NCBI GenBank assembly: GCA_963693365.1
Contig: CAVNZM010000011.1
Span: 4,472,639 to 4,536,638, forward strand
DNA: 64,000 bases
Direction of reading: 5' to 3'
DNA from: Amoebidium appalachense
Taxonomy: Eukaryota; Protista; Ichthyosporea
Made by a program: the position numbers and the translations under genes. This document shows, in pieces, positions 46,244 through 60,488 of this stretch (within the stretch, counting starts at the first letter, position 1; every line of letters starts with the position of its first letter). The notes beneath the pieces were generated by a model that saw only the letters and a list, made by a program, of their open reading frames with translations, was not told where the DNA came from and did no database searches.

Positions 46244-46562
46244 CAGGTGCCCCTTGCCCTGCACCACCACCTCCAAAAAATGGACTGGAGTGGCTGGCAG
46301 GCAAACGACGCACTTTGGCAGCAGCTCGTTTGGACCCCAAACGAAACCAAAGCTCTCTTTGTTGCTACGGTGGGCCTGCTGGTGGTGCGATATACTCTCA
46401 CGGTTGCATTCTTTAAGGTGGGGCTGTGGAAAGGGTTAAAGGGAGGAGGGGGGAGGGGGGCGGGGGTAGGGAGGAGGGGAAGGGAGGGAGGGAGAGAGGG
46501 GGGAGGGGGAAGATGTGGTTTGGGGTGTTTGTGCGTTTGGGGGGGGGGGGGGGGGGGGGGGG

Positions 46563-46593
<31 letters not shown>

Positions 46594-47018
46594 GGGGGGG
46601 TTGGATGTATGTACATGTGCAAGGCTTATGCTAAGTCGTGGTTGGGGGAAGAGGATAGGGGGAGTGTTTGAGGAGTGGAGACAGGATAGAGAGGTAAAGG
46701 GGGATTATGGAGCTGGATTCTGGGAAATGTATGTGTGTGTGGAGGGGGGGGGGAGGGGGGGGGGAGGGAGAGGAGAGGGGGGGAATAACGGAAGAGTCAG
46801 TGTAATTGGGCTGGAGCGGGGGGAGGGGGGGGGGGGGGAGAGACAGAGGGCGGGGGGGGGGGGGGGGGGTTAAGGATGGGTTATGCAATGTCTGGATGGG
46901 TGGTGCTATGCAATGAATTGATTTGGCTTTGAAGAACTTGCTCATGGCACACAAGGATTCAAACTCGAGGCCAGAATTTGCACACACACACGGACACACA
47001 TACACGTGAGCAGGCACG

Positions 47019-47063
<45 letters not shown>

Positions 47064-47573
47064 AGGGCTGATCAAAAGATTGAAGGAGAACACATACACA
47101 CAGACCACCTTACCACAAGCTTGCACATACCATAGAAAAACGTGTGAGGAATGCAGTTCCACAGGCACATGCACAGACAGATGCACTTGTGCTCATGCAC
47201 ATGCTCATACAAGTGTATACACACAGGTCACACAGGTCCCACATCATCCACTCACGCACACACATACACACACGATAACATGGACACGACACACACACAC
47301 ACACACACACACATACACATGTACACATGTACATTTGTACACGTTTGACATCATCCATATTCATAGCCACACGCGTACACATGCGCGCACGCGCGTGCGC
47401 GCGCACACACACACACACACAAAACGCGTGCGCGCGCACGTTACACACGTTACACAACGTACACATGTTACACTCACTCACACGTACACGGTACACTCTT
47501 ATAGTATCCGTACACACACACACACATCCACTCACTCACATCACTCACACATACACACACACGCGTGCACGTG

Positions 47574-47661
<88 letters not shown>

Positions 47662-47961
47662 CCCCTTGCACGCAGGCTGCAGCTAGACACCGAACATGCA
47701 TCCCGTCTTCCTGAAAGTTGCTGGAAGGTAGTGTACTATCTGCTGTCTTGGGCCTATGCATTTCACCTCCTGCACCGTACGGGCCGCCACAATTACATGA
47801 CTGACCTGACGTCTGCCTGGACGGGTACGTGGTGGGGGGAGGGGGTGGGGGGTGGGGGGGAGGGGGGGGGGTCGCACGTGGGGGGTGGGGGTTGGGTTGG
47901 GGTTGGGGGGGGTTGGGTAGGGGTGTGTGTGTGTGAGGGGGGGAGGAGGGGTGTGTGGGTG

Positions 47962-48002
<41 letters not shown>

Positions 48003-48609
48003 AGTGGGGGAAGGGGTTGAGGGTATGGGTTAGGGGGAGGAAGGGGGGGTACAGGTGTGTGAGTGTGGTTGTGTGTGTGCATGAGACACTATGGATTAGG
48101 GAAGTTTTGTGTGTGTGTGTGAAGGGGGGGGGGGGGGGGGGGGGGGGGAGGGGATCATGACGAGGGGTTGAAAGATTGGGAGAGGAACGGGAAGTGTGTG
48201 GCAGTAGTTGTAGTGTGCCCGGTAAGGCGGTAGGTTTGAGCAGGAGGACTGGGGGTGCCCCGGGGGAGGGGGAGCGGGGGGGGGGGGGGGGGGGGGGGGG
48301 GGGGAAGGAGGGGGGCTCCGTTAAGAGTTGTTAGTAATGGGTGGTGAACGGAGGGTGGTGATACAAGTGTACGGAATGTGTGTGTTGGGGGGTGAGAAGG
48401 AAGAGTAAGGTGTGTGTGTGTTGGGGGGTGGAAGGAGGAGTAAGGTGTGTGTGTGTTGGGGGATGAGAAGGAGGAGTAAGGTGTGTGTGTGTGTGTGCGG
48501 AGGGGGGGGGGGGGGGGGGGGGGGGGAGAAGGGGTGGTATTTTGGAATGAAGCGTGTTGCATGAGCCTAAGAGAGAATTATGTTCGGTTGTGCGCATGGC
48601 AGGTGCGCC

Positions 48610-48653
<44 letters not shown>

Positions 48654-49392
48654 TATGTGTGTGTCTCACACTTACCCCCCCAGGGATCACCACGGGCATG
48701 GATGTGCCCCTCGAGGTGTATACGCTGTACATGATCCAGCTGGGTTTCTACACATCATCCGGTGGGCCCCTGCTTGCACTTGTGCATATATGTGTACATA
48801 TTAGGGATATGTCTTTCTCTTCAAATTGCTCAGCAAGACACACGCCATACGCGCCCGCACACACATGCACACACACACACAAAGAGAGAGGGGAGGTGTG
48901 TGTGTGGGGGGGGGGGGGGGGGGCATGCACCAAGCATGCACACAGGTACACACACGCACCCACACACACACACACAATCACATCAAGCATTCTTGCACGC
49001 ACACACACACACACACACAATCACATCAAGCATTCTTGAACGCACACACACACTCACTCTCCAATTACAACTCCCTACATTGGAGTGCCGGATTATGGAA
49101 CTCGGCCGTTAAGCAGGTCAAAGCGTTAAAGAAAGCAAAACACATACATTCCGCACGTACGCTCGATACATTCTGAAGTTTAATACGTGCACGCATGCGA
49201 AGTGATGTGTTTTTTTTTGCACTTGCTTGTGAATGTGGTAACTCAACACACATCAGCTCTGTGGAACGTGAACGAAGATATTTGGCACAGTGGGTGTAAC
49301 ATTTGCTGTTGGGTTCAAGCCTTTGCTCAAAAGTCATGGATGGGATGGCACACACACATGCACACATGCGTGCGTGCATGCACGCACTCACG

Positions 49393-49443
<51 letters not shown>

Positions 49444-50679
49444 CGCGCTCGCACTTGCACTTGCACTTGCACAGAGAGGTGGGGGAAGACGGAAGGGGGA
49501 GGGGGGGGAAGAGAAAGATGCAAAGAGATCCGCACACGCGCACGCACACACACACGCGCACGCGCGCGCACACACACACACACACACATACACACATACA
49601 CACACACAAATCCACGTGTTCTCCGTGTGTCGCTCATCGTCCACCCCACACCCTCGCACACACGTATGGGGATTTGGATTTCTGACACGTGTGCACACAG
49701 TGGTTACGACCTTCCTGTTTGAGCGGGAGCGCAAGGACTACTACATCATGCAGACACACCACTTTGTCACCATCTGCCTCATCTCCTTCTCATATGCTTT
49801 CAGGTAAAAACACATGCACGTGCACAGACGTACGTACACACACACACACGTGTTCACACACATTTTCACACGCGCACACACTTACACACTTACACACACA
49901 CACACACTTGGTCGTGCGTGCACACACACAAGCATGTACGCACACACATCACAACATACACACCCACACACACACACACCTTCACGTATGCAGTAAGGAG
50001 TACACAGTGCCAGCACACACACATACCCGCGCATAAATTTCAGTTGGACTGCTTGGGACGAACACACATAAATTTCAGTTGGACTGCTTGGGACGAACAC
50101 ACATAAATTTCAGTTGGACTGCTTGGGACGAATACACGTTCAAATCAATACTATGCCCTGTTACCTTTTTCGCTTTGTGCTTCTGCTTATAACCAAGTAA
50201 CGTTGATAAGGATCGATGCACGTATGCACGCACACTGTCGCTATACACGACGTGTGTGCACACCGCGCGCCACGCGCGTGCGCACCAGGCAAGCATGCGC
50301 ACACGTTGACTGGAAGGGGCTGCAGGAGATGGGACAAGGGTGGCGATGGCGGTGGTGGTGTGTGTTGTGGGGTGTTTGGGGAGGGAAGTGAGAGGGGGGG
50401 GGGGGGGGGGGGGGGGGCAGGCCCCTTAGATTGTAAAGTGTTGGGTCATGAATGTAGTTATGAAGGAGACGGGCTGTGGGCAGGTAGTCAGTTGAAGTAA
50501 AGAAATCCACGCGTATGGGGTACCTTTCGGTAAATACTCTGCCGCATGCACACACCACAGCAGGAGAAATGCCAAGGGCTGGCGATGCGGATTTTTACTG
50601 AGTGTTTTCCCTCAACACAAACACAACACAAACACACACACGTGCACATATGCACACGGAAACGAACCTACGGACACGT

Positions 50680-50730
<51 letters not shown>

Positions 50731-51568
50731 GATGCAGGTTCCACAAGATCGGTCTGGCTGTGCTGTACGTGCACGACCTGTGTGATGTACTCCTGGACAC
50801 GTACGTAATCCCTGACCCTGCCTGTCTGTGTGTGTGTGTGTGTGTGTGCGCGCGCGAGCGTGTGTGCGTATGGTATGTTTTTTTGCGTGTGCGTTTTGTG
50901 TGTGTTCTTCCGTGCGCGCTTGGGTGTGGCTTTGTGTGCATATGTGCTTGTATGCGTGTGTGTGCGCGGGCGTGCGGGCATGCGTGTGGGCGTGTGGGCG
51001 TGCATGTGTGCCTTTGTCCTATTGGGCAGGTGTTCATGCTTCGATGAGAATGTGTCTGTTGTGTGTGGATGCGGCAGGTGTTTGCTCGCCGTATGTGTTT
51101 GTTCTAGCATGCTCGTCCTATGTCCTCCCGTTCTTTCGATGTATGATATGTGTCTTTGTACTTTTTACCGTACGATTCAGTTCAACCCCCCCCCCCCCCA
51201 CCCCCTTCCCCCCCTCCCCCCACCCCCTCGTTCTCACCCACCACCTTTACCGTGCACCATTTCTTCCTTCCTTTTTCTCTTTCCTTCTTTCTTCCTTTTC
51301 TTTCTTCTTCCTTTTCTTCTCCTTCATTTTTCGTCCTTTTTGGAGGGCGGGGGGGGGGGGGGGGGGGGGGGGGTTCTCCCCTGAATTCTTATGTCATTTC
51401 TGACCGTGCCCCCCCCCCCCCCCCCCCCCCCACCCCCTCCCCTTCAAAAAAACACAGGGCCAAGATCTTCAACTACTGCAAGAAGCGCAATGGCAAGACT
51501 TACACCACATACGGCAGACTGGCCGACTTTTTCTTCATCATGTTTCTGGGCAGCTGGTGTGTGGGTGG

Positions 51569-51625
<57 letters not shown>

Positions 51626-51636
51626 CGCGCGCGCGC

Positions 51637-51687
<51 letters not shown>

Positions 51688-51918
51688 TGTGTGTGTGTGT
51701 GTGTGTGTGCGTGGATGTGGGGGGGGGGGGGGAGGGGTGGCTATGATTGGAAGGAGGTTTGAGTATGTCAATGGGCCTGCGTGGATCTGAGAATGGATGT
51801 GAGAAAAGGAAAGGAGGATGTGAGGTGCGCGGGGGGGGGGGGGGGGGGGGGAGGGGAGGGGAGACATGGAGGAGGGGAGAAGGGGGGAAGAGGGAAGGGT
51901 GTGTGTGGACGGGGGGAA

Positions 51919-51957
<39 letters not shown>

Positions 51958-52704
51958 CTCCTGTTAAACGCTAACCTTGACTCTGCCCTCACCCAGGGTG
52001 TACTTCCGGTTCTACCTGTTCGTTACACGTGTGCTCTACAGCTCTGCCTACGTGTCCCTGATCACGGTGTCGGACTCTGTGATCTTTGTGGGGTTCAACG
52101 CATTCCTGCACACCCTCCTGCTGATGCACATCTACTGGTTTGCTCTGGCCCTGCGCGTGGTGGTGAAGGTGTGTGTACGTACGTGTGGGTGCTGTGCGTG
52201 TACGTGTGTGTGGGTGTGTGGGTGTGGGTGGGTGTATGTGTGTGTGGGTGGTGGTGGTGGTGGTGGTGGTGACGCCGGGGGGGGGGGGGGGGGGGGGGGG
52301 GGGGAGGGGGGGGGTAGTGGTGTGGGTGGGTGGGTGGATGGATTTTGGGGGGGGGGAAGGAAAGGGAGGCAGGGGGGGAAGGAGGGGGGGGGGGGGAGGG
52401 GGGGGCAATGCCCCCTGTTGTTTGCTGTGTGCTGTGGTGTCTGTTTCACGTGTGCCTTTGGTCTCAGACTATGTGCATGCTGCTTGTGCCTGTATGAGAC
52501 TAGGTGCTGTTGTGTGTTGGCTTTGACATATGTGATGCCTATGCCTGGTGTGCTGCTTCATAAAGCGTGTTTCTATACTTGGTATTCGTGTAGTTAAAGC
52601 GAGTCGGAATTTTGGGGAGAGAAATTAAAGGAAACATGGATGCAGCCGACATAGGTGGAAGGGACACAGGCGTGTGTGCGCCCTTGTGTGCGAGGGTGGG
52701 TGCT

Positions 52705-52796
<92 letters not shown>

Positions 52797-52862
52797 GTGT
52801 TTTGGTTATGTATGAATTCTTGTTGTCTTTGTGTGCGTGTGTGTGTGCGAGTGCGTGCGTGC

Positions 52863-52899
<37 letters not shown>

Positions 52900-53320
52900 T
52901 TGATGGGGCGGGTTACTGAAGGGTCTTGGGGGCCAGGTGATCAAGGGGGAGGAGCTAGAGGATGTGAGGGACGAGGAGACACTCAAGAACCACCGTGCAA
53001 AGCAGACGGACGGCACAGGCCACATGTACGTGCACACGCACACTACATACATGTGATTGTGCACACGTACAAATATGCGCGTTCACGCTACATACATCAT
53101 AGGCAATGATGCGGTTACACATGCATGCACGTGCGCTCTCCACGCATTCACGTGCGCACATACACACTGGCACGCGCACAGACAGTTCACGGCTACATGC
53201 ACGTCGCAAACATTCACACTGCCAATATCATGCAAGCATATCAGTTTCTTCTCGCTCTCGTACCCTTATTGGTCTCGACCCGGCCCTCTCTGTTACCCAA
53301 CTTTCTCATGTGTGAAAAGC

Positions 53321-53368
<48 letters not shown>

Positions 53369-53625
53369 TAGTGGATACCTTAAGAAAGGGGGGGGGGGGG
53401 GGACAGCACGTTGAACACCAAATGAGGCAACGACATAAGTAAAAGCAAACATGCATGCGTGGTTGCACGCACACACCCACGCCCTCTCATAAGCCTCTCA
53501 CTCTTTCTCTCCTTTGTTCTGTTCCGTTTTTGCTTTGCCTAAGAGATATAAATAGAGAGAGGGGAGAAAGACTGATTTCATTGACCCTCCTCAGGACCAA
53601 GTCGAAGGCAAAGAAGATTGACTGA
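45439..53625 (+). CDS. CERS1: Ceramide synthase (TLC/Lag1 domain, CERS1-like, no homeodomain), 10 exons
   Basis: Exons 45439-45516, 46247-46417, 47662-47824, 48684-48761, 49701-49803, 50738-50800, 51458-51556, 51997-52168, 52937-53025, 53595-53625. [10 protein letters not shown]; Lag1 motif [48 protein letters not shown]; YWF...EDVRDEE. The last exon is inferred from phase and gives a C-terminal KKID* dilysine ER-retrieval signal; without that splice the frame stops at 53056. Confidence 0.92.
50032..50136. repeat. 35-bp tandem repeat x3
   Basis: CATAAATTTCAGTTGGACTGCTTGGGACGAACACA three times head-to-tail, no spacers. Confidence 0.9.
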
Positions 53626-53849
53626 GCAAAACCCGAGCACCCTGATTTCGTCGGAAGGTGTAATGTTGTGACACGCCGTGTTTTTTGACTGTGTGCATGC
53701 TCCAAATTTGACCTGTACTGATTAAACTTTTTCCCACCACCACCACCATGAATAACCAACGATGAGTCGGAATGCTGGGGTAGGTTTGCTAGCTCCGATT
53801 CCATATAGCCAATAGAAGATGTGCAAGTGTAGCCCCCCTCCCCCCCCCC

Positions 53850-53888
<39 letters not shown>

Positions 53889-54965
53889 CTCTTTTCCCGA
53901 GGGGGGGGGGTTGCTTAATCCTAAGCATGTCGAACCGTTATGGCTGATGTAACACCATGTAGTTAGGGGAGCTAGATGGCTATTTCTCCCGGTTTTCCAA
54001 ATTGATTCTCCCGTTTTTTTTTACCATGCAATAGCCGGCGGTATTGCATTTTAGCGTACTGGATCTGTTTTTTGTTTTTGTTTTTGTTTTTGTTTTTGTT
54101 TTTGTTTTTGTTTTTGTTTTTGTTTTTGTTTTTTTTACCAAGTCCGTTTTTTATTGTCTGTTGTGTCTCATATCGATGCTTGCTCATATGCAGGCATATA
54201 TATACATGACACGCCATTCGTAGCATTTTTGTAACTGTAAAACACAGAGTTACACGCACGTGCACGTGCCACAAACACGCAGACACGCCCACACACTGGC
54301 CCCCATAGCCGCTACGCATGTGACATATTTGATCCGAGCAATGCATATATGTTTAACCGTAACTCGCTTTGATTTTTGAGCAGGAGCAAGGTGAGTGAGT
54401 TAAGACGTGCACTGCTAATCGATACTCGACCTGATATCTTAACCTTATTAGGTAGTCACTTGACATGCGCAGTGTTTGATTGGTGCCTGGTGCGACCAAT
54501 GAAATCAGTACCTAAAATAAAAGGCATCCGGTGATTCAAAATGACCCATTCACCACACCAATAGTCAGTGTGTATTACTGGCTGAAAGAAGGCAAAACCT
54601 CTTGTTGCCTATATATACGCCTGGTTGGCTTTTCATGTTTCCAAAAACTGTAGGATGCATATGTTTTGTCAGAAGTCTCCCCCCCCCTCCCCCCTCCCCC
54701 CCCCCCCCCCCCCCCCCGTCCCCTGTCCACACACACACTTGAACACATGTGTGCGCCCTTACGCACACCACACACAGAGAGATAGACACACACAAACCCC
54801 GCAAAATAATACGACGGATATCCACATGCATATGGAGGTGCACAATGCGCGTGTATAAGACGTGCGGGCCTGTGTGTGTGCACATGTGTGGGTGTGCATG
54901 TACACCGTCACTGAACCACATTGTGAGCGGTCTTGTCAATGAGCGCCACGGTGTGTGGTGCGTGC

Positions 54966-55009
<44 letters not shown>

Positions 55010-55020
55010 ACATGTGTGTG

Positions 55021-55061
<41 letters not shown>

Positions 55062-55358
55062 TACGTGTGTGTGTGCGCGCGAGAGGAGCTCCAGCTGTGT
55101 GTGCGCACCACCAGAACTGCGCGTGTGTTTGTGTCTCGGCTGAGCCTCGGTGTGCTTGTGGGCCTGTGCACGTGCTTGTACGTGCATGCAGGTCACGTGG
55201 GTGGGTGGGTAGGTGTGTGTGTGTGTGTGTGTGTGTACATGTGTGTGTGTGTGTGTGTGTGTACATGTGTGTGTGTGTGTGTGTGTGAATAATAATTAGT
55301 ACTGTGTGCGTACATCTGTGTACATGTGACTGTGTGCGCATGCACGTACCTATGTACT

Positions 55359-55407
<49 letters not shown>

Positions 55408-55745
55408 GGGGGGGGTCCCAGTCGATGACACGTGTAATTTTTTATTTTGTTTTATTTTATTTAATTTTTGTTTTTCATTTCCAGTCCCGGGGCCCAACTA
55501 ATAACTTTAAACACTTATTAATTTGTATACGTAGGTGTCCTCTGCCGAACCTATACGGTCCACCGCATACAGAGTACCTACAGGAAAAAAAAATACATAC
55601 TTTTGATGTTCACCAAGATGTGTAAAATTTGGATACTAAATTTCAAACGAAATACCTAGTGACATAAACAGTATACACATGAATAGACTAGAGCTATCAG
55701 GCTATTTAACAGGCAACCCCCCCCCCCCCCCCCCCCCCACCCACC

Positions 55746-55786
<41 letters not shown>

Positions 55787-55921
55787 AAAAAAAAAAAAAA
55801 AGAAACCACCTTTCACCACGTGTCGTCACACAAGTATATTACCAAAAACTGATCCAGAAAAGGTAAAGACCGGGGGGGAAAGAAGAGGGCGACAAAAAAA
55901 AAAGGGAAGAACTTCGTGTCC

Positions 55922-56468
55922 CTACTTGGGCTCACCCTCCCAATAGTCGACGTTATCTCTGATTGGTTAAATCCGTCTGGTGCCGCCAGGGGCAGCGATC
56001 ACCTGATACTTGTTCGTATCGGGATATTCGCAATATTCGGGATATTCCTTCGTGCTGACCGAGATATACTTAATGGGTGCATCGGAAGTGTTAATGATCT
56101 GGTGGGGATACTCGGGGCCCGCGGGAATGAAAATCACGTCACCTGCCTTAATAGGAAGAAACTCCCCTGCCACCCGCAATGTTCCGGAACCCTCCAGAAC
56201 GATAAAGATTTCTTCCTGGGCATAGTGGCAGTGGTATGGGACTGCCTTTTTCCCCGCGGGAACAATGTCAAAACTCGCACCAAGTTTTTTCACCGCTGTG
56301 CGGCCCTAACCATGTTGACTTGGATTCATATGAGTCGCTCCCTTCTCGTTTTTCATCGTGGAGTTTTACTTCGTTGATATTTCGGATGAGCTTCGCCCGT
56401 AGTTTTTTTTTCTCTTTCACGGTTTTATTGATCCGTTGATGAAGGCAACGTGCAGCCACAGGCTACAT
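55922..56468 (-). pseudogene. Intronless bacterial-type cupin-2 domain gene, disrupted
   Basis: M*PVAARCLHQRINKTVKEKKKLRAKLIRNINEVKLHDEKREGSDSYESKSTWLGP/(frameshift ~56300)TAVKKLGASFDIVPAGKKAVPYHCHYAQEEIFIVLEGSGTLRVAGEFLPIKAGDVIFIPAGPEYPHQIINTSDAPIKYISVSTKEYPEYCEYPDTNKYQVIAAPGGTRRI*PIRDNVDYWEGEPK*. Cupin motifs HxHxxxEE and GDVIFIPAG..H..N; family-type tail YPD..K / DYWEGE continues past the TAA. Confidence 0.8.
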
Positions 56469-57196
56469 AACCACCAATAGAACTGAAAAAGCCAAAGCTA
56501 CGAAATAAAAATAAAGCGACAAGTGACAAAGGACACCAGGCTGCGGGCAAAACCTTAAGTGTATGTGTATGCGTGAAACTAGTTTGCTCCAACTAGTCAT
56601 ATGCATCGATGTTGACCAGACCACACTCCGCAAGAAGACATCATTACTGCGGCTTCCCAACAGGCCCCCCTCAAAACCTACCGAGACACAGCAAGCAAGT
56701 CAGCCTCTAAAAGAGCAATGCAGACCAAATCTGAGCTAAAAAACAATCCCAACGGGCCCGGCCCCTAGATAACCCGGAGAAACTGCATCTAGCTCTCTGA
56801 TAAGGTGGCCTAGTTGTGGCAGGACACACAGAAAAACACAATTACAGAATGCATGCAAGCAAACCCGGTCATTGCCATACGACTGGAGGCTAAGGACTGG
56901 CAGTCACTTGGAAAGCTCCCCGACGACCACGTAGCCGCCCCTCCACTCACGCATCGCAGAAGTAGCTGAAGAAGTTGCAGCAGCCCACCGCCAATAGGTC
57001 GCGTAGAAGTGTAGACAGCGTGTAGAAGTTACCATAGGTTGCAGTGGACCACCAGGCGTTGAAGAAACCACTTCTCAAGCGAGAAACTCCGCGAAAGGGA
57101 GATGCCCCCACACTCTCACAGCAATAGGAATACACCAGGCAACACCACACACACGCTGCAGTCACCTTCCCCTGAGTGGGACTCCCTCCCACACAA

Positions 57197-57408
57197 AAAG
57201 AAGAAACGAAAGCCTTTATGTACCTGCCATGGTGAAGAATCGGGCAAAAAAAAGTTGACGTGACAGCTAAGAGATCGAAGTGCAAGTGAAGTCCCCAAAA
57301 AGAAGAAACGAAAGCCTTTATATACCTGCCATGGTGAAGAATCGGGAAAAAGAGTTGACGTGACAGCTAAGAGATCGAAGTGAAAGTGAACCGGGAAAAA
57401 AAGTTGAT
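57197..57408. repeat. ~100-bp tandem direct repeat (2 copies plus fragment)
   Basis: AAAAGAAGAAACGAAAGCCTTTAT[G/A]TACCTGCCATGGTGAAGAATCGGG...GTTGACGTGACAGCTAAGAGATCGAAGTG[C/A]AAGTGAA at ~57197 and ~57297. Confidence 0.9.
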
Positions 57409-58017
57409 TCTTCTGCTTTGCAGGCCATTTTTGGTAGGATTTGCCTGCTGAAAACAGAGTATGAGAGAGAGAGAAATTTCGAATATCAAAGGGTTATCTC
57501 ACGGATACTGTGGATGTGTGGTGGGAGGAAACCTCATGTAGTGCGGTGCTAGACACAGACTATTTAAGAGGATATTAGCTACTTCGTGTCCGGCATATAA
57601 ACACTCGTAGAGGAGCAAAAAAGGTGTTCCTCGAATGTATTCGTTCTCTGTGCTGCACCTCTATTCATACGATTGTGAAGATTTACATATGCATGACCCA
57701 ATAACAAGCGATAGAGCAACGGTGGAAAGAAGGGGAGTAGGAGGCTGGAGGGGAAAGGGAAGGGGGAGGGAGGGAAGGGGGGGGGGGGGGGGGGGGGGGT
57801 GGGGAGGGGGGGGGGGGGGGGGGGGTGTTGAAGAGTCAAGGAATAAGGTATTGCCAGAAACTCTGATTCTCCCCCCCCCCTCCCCTCCCCCTCCCTCCCC
57901 CACAAAGGAGAAAAAAAAGGGGGGGGAGGGGGGACAAAGCAAAGAAGAAGAATAAAGGGATGAAGGAGAAAGGCGAGGCTGGGAGACCTGAAGGTGACCT
58001 CGAGGGGGGGGGGGGGA

Positions 58018-58087
<70 letters not shown>

Positions 58088-58394
58088 AAGGAGGCCTTGA
58101 GGGCAAAGGCTACAACAAACGGTGACAGCGGCTGCTAAGGGTCGGGGGGGGGGAGGGGGGGGGGGGGAGGGGAGGTGAGGGAGGCGGGAGGGGGGGGAGG
58201 GGATGAGGGGTTGGGGGGGGGGGGGGGGGGGGGGGAGGGGGGGGGGGGGGGGGGGACACCACAGGAGAAATGTTTGAACTTCCGTGTCGGCCTCAGACCT
58301 AATGAAATCAGGCAAGCTCGCCTTCAGTTTTAGTTGTTGCAGAAAACTCCCTTCCGTCCTTCTTCCCTCCATCCCCTCCCTCTCTCTCTCTCTC

Positions 58395-58432
<38 letters not shown>

Positions 58433-58493
58433 CCGCCCCTCTCTCCCTCCCTCCCCGCCTCCCTCCCTCCCTCCCTCCCCGTACCACACACTA

Positions 58494-58529
<36 letters not shown>

Positions 58530-60413
58530 ATTCATAGTTCTCTCATCAACCATTCATAAAACATGATCCTTGCAATCTTTAGCTTTCACACTTTTTCTTC
58601 GTTTATAACAGCTCACGTACTAAAAAATAAACAGTTTTCGGCTTGAGGCAATCTAACGAATGTCAACGCCCACTCACACACACAGCCGCGATGAACAGGA
58701 AGATGCACTGGTTATATCCTGGCTGAGTGAATCAGCAGATATATAGGGGGAGGATGAGGAAAAACGTGATACCCTAAATCATAAAGTTTTGCGTCAAAGA
58801 GCATCATAATCCCTTTCATGTCTTAGAGAGCACACGCAACCTCTAAACTTGAGATCTCACCTCACAGGAGCAAAAGTCTAGATCTGTGAGGGGGTAGACG
58901 TGATGAATGGGCGCTTAACTCGACGCCCTCTGGTTAGCGGCAACTCCTGTCACGCTTATAAAGCTAGATGAAGGCAAGGGAAACGTGGGTAATAGTGGCA
59001 CAGCAGTTGGTCCGACCGTCCATGGTTTGAAATTTCTTTCTTCGAATCATGAAGCACTGATCATGACTTCAGAAAAATTATCATATGTGTAGCAGAGTAA
59101 AACGCTATGTACATAAATATTTAGTAGCACTCTATATAAATACCTAATTACAAGCAATTTTTTGGTGCCTATAAAATTTCACTCCATAACGGTTGTAGAA
59201 TCAAGTTGCATACACCATGTGAACTAAGGCACTTCGAGCCCTGCCGGGCACCAAGACCAGGCCGGCGCAACGGTTGGCAGCTGCGCAGTCTCTCGGTTTA
59301 GGCCGCATGTATGGAGGTTCAGTAGCATATTCCTACTTTCTTATTGTTTAATAAAACACAAATACTCAAAACAAGCGCTCAACATAACTGTGATAAGTTT
59401 TATAAGTGCTTACTTGTTCGGTTCCGTCGATCGATGTATCAGTGAGCTGCACATTCCCCTAGATAGATCTAGCTGTAAGCACCGGGCCCAATAGACATTT
59501 CAACTGCGATGAGTAACCAATCCGATGTTTCTTCCTTTTCACATGTAAGATGAATGAATGACGCTAACCTAATCAACATACAGCATCTATTCCCCTAGAC
59601 TTCGTCGCTATCCAGCTGCCCGTATTCATTATGTCGTGCATGCGGCTGATTGGGTCCGGGAGTGCCCCGGACATTGTGATAGTTCTGCCTGGTCAACTCC
59701 AATCATGAACAAGAGATTGAAAACAATTACCTGGTAGCCTTTATTTCATAATTTTTACAATTTTCTCCTATATTTACATTATTTATTCATTGCTGTCTAT
59801 GCGCATACTTTTATATAATGACTGGAAGGGTCGCTTGTAGAACATCCACGTGCACAATACATGCGCATTCCGCAATAATTTGATTCACTATCAAAGCTTT
59901 TGATTGGGTTTTTGTCATGAATACAGTACACTTTTGGAGGTGGGCTTGGCCTATCAACAGCGCATGTGGACTATATAAACTCTCAAGTCCTTCACACCGG
60001 TGCAAGAAGTGAACCTCTCGACTCTCCGGAGTGCACATCATAACGACAGCTGTGCATCCCGAGTTTGAACCCCATAGTAGCCTAGTAGATATAAAATACA
60101 TGCACTATTTGTTTCGAATTTAGACAAAATTTACAGGTCTCTCATAGCGCTTCTGGCAGTCGACTTCGGATCAAGTGTAGTAGCTAGTGATATTATTTGG
60201 CAGCACACAAATCATCGGAACGTTAACTCACACACAAAACCGTGATATTATCTGCTCTCTAAGCTAGTATTTCGCCACACACACTGTAAAACACTAAGGC
60301 AAACGCAAAAAGTCTCTCTCACACGCTCCTAGCAACGACTCAGGACGATTGCAAGTACACACACACACACACACACGCAAACGCGCGTGGGTGCACACAG
60401 ACACACAGGCACA

Positions 60414-60450
<37 letters not shown>

Positions 60451-60488
60451 TTGGGCTATCTTCGCGAAACTACCGTACACCCACCATC

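Noticed and set aside
50032-50136. 35-bp repeats resembling a CRISPR array
   Set aside because: Head-to-tail with no spacers, inside a eukaryotic intron, and no cas genes.
55916-56377. 153-aa plus-strand ORF
   Set aside because: Antisense shadow of the cupin sequence.
55922-56468. TAA/TAG reassigned to Gln (in-frame stops in the cupin and near 4855 and 8450)
   Set aside because: Conserved Lon, NOA1 and CerS exons contain no in-frame TAR; NAT9, Lon and NOA1 end at TAA/TAG at plausible positions; and the cupin also has a frameshift. Pseudogenisation is simpler.
56660-57190. Coding-looking unique sequence upstream of the cupin
   Set aside because: Frames are interrupted by stops and no domain is recognisable; cannot be called a gene or a TE.
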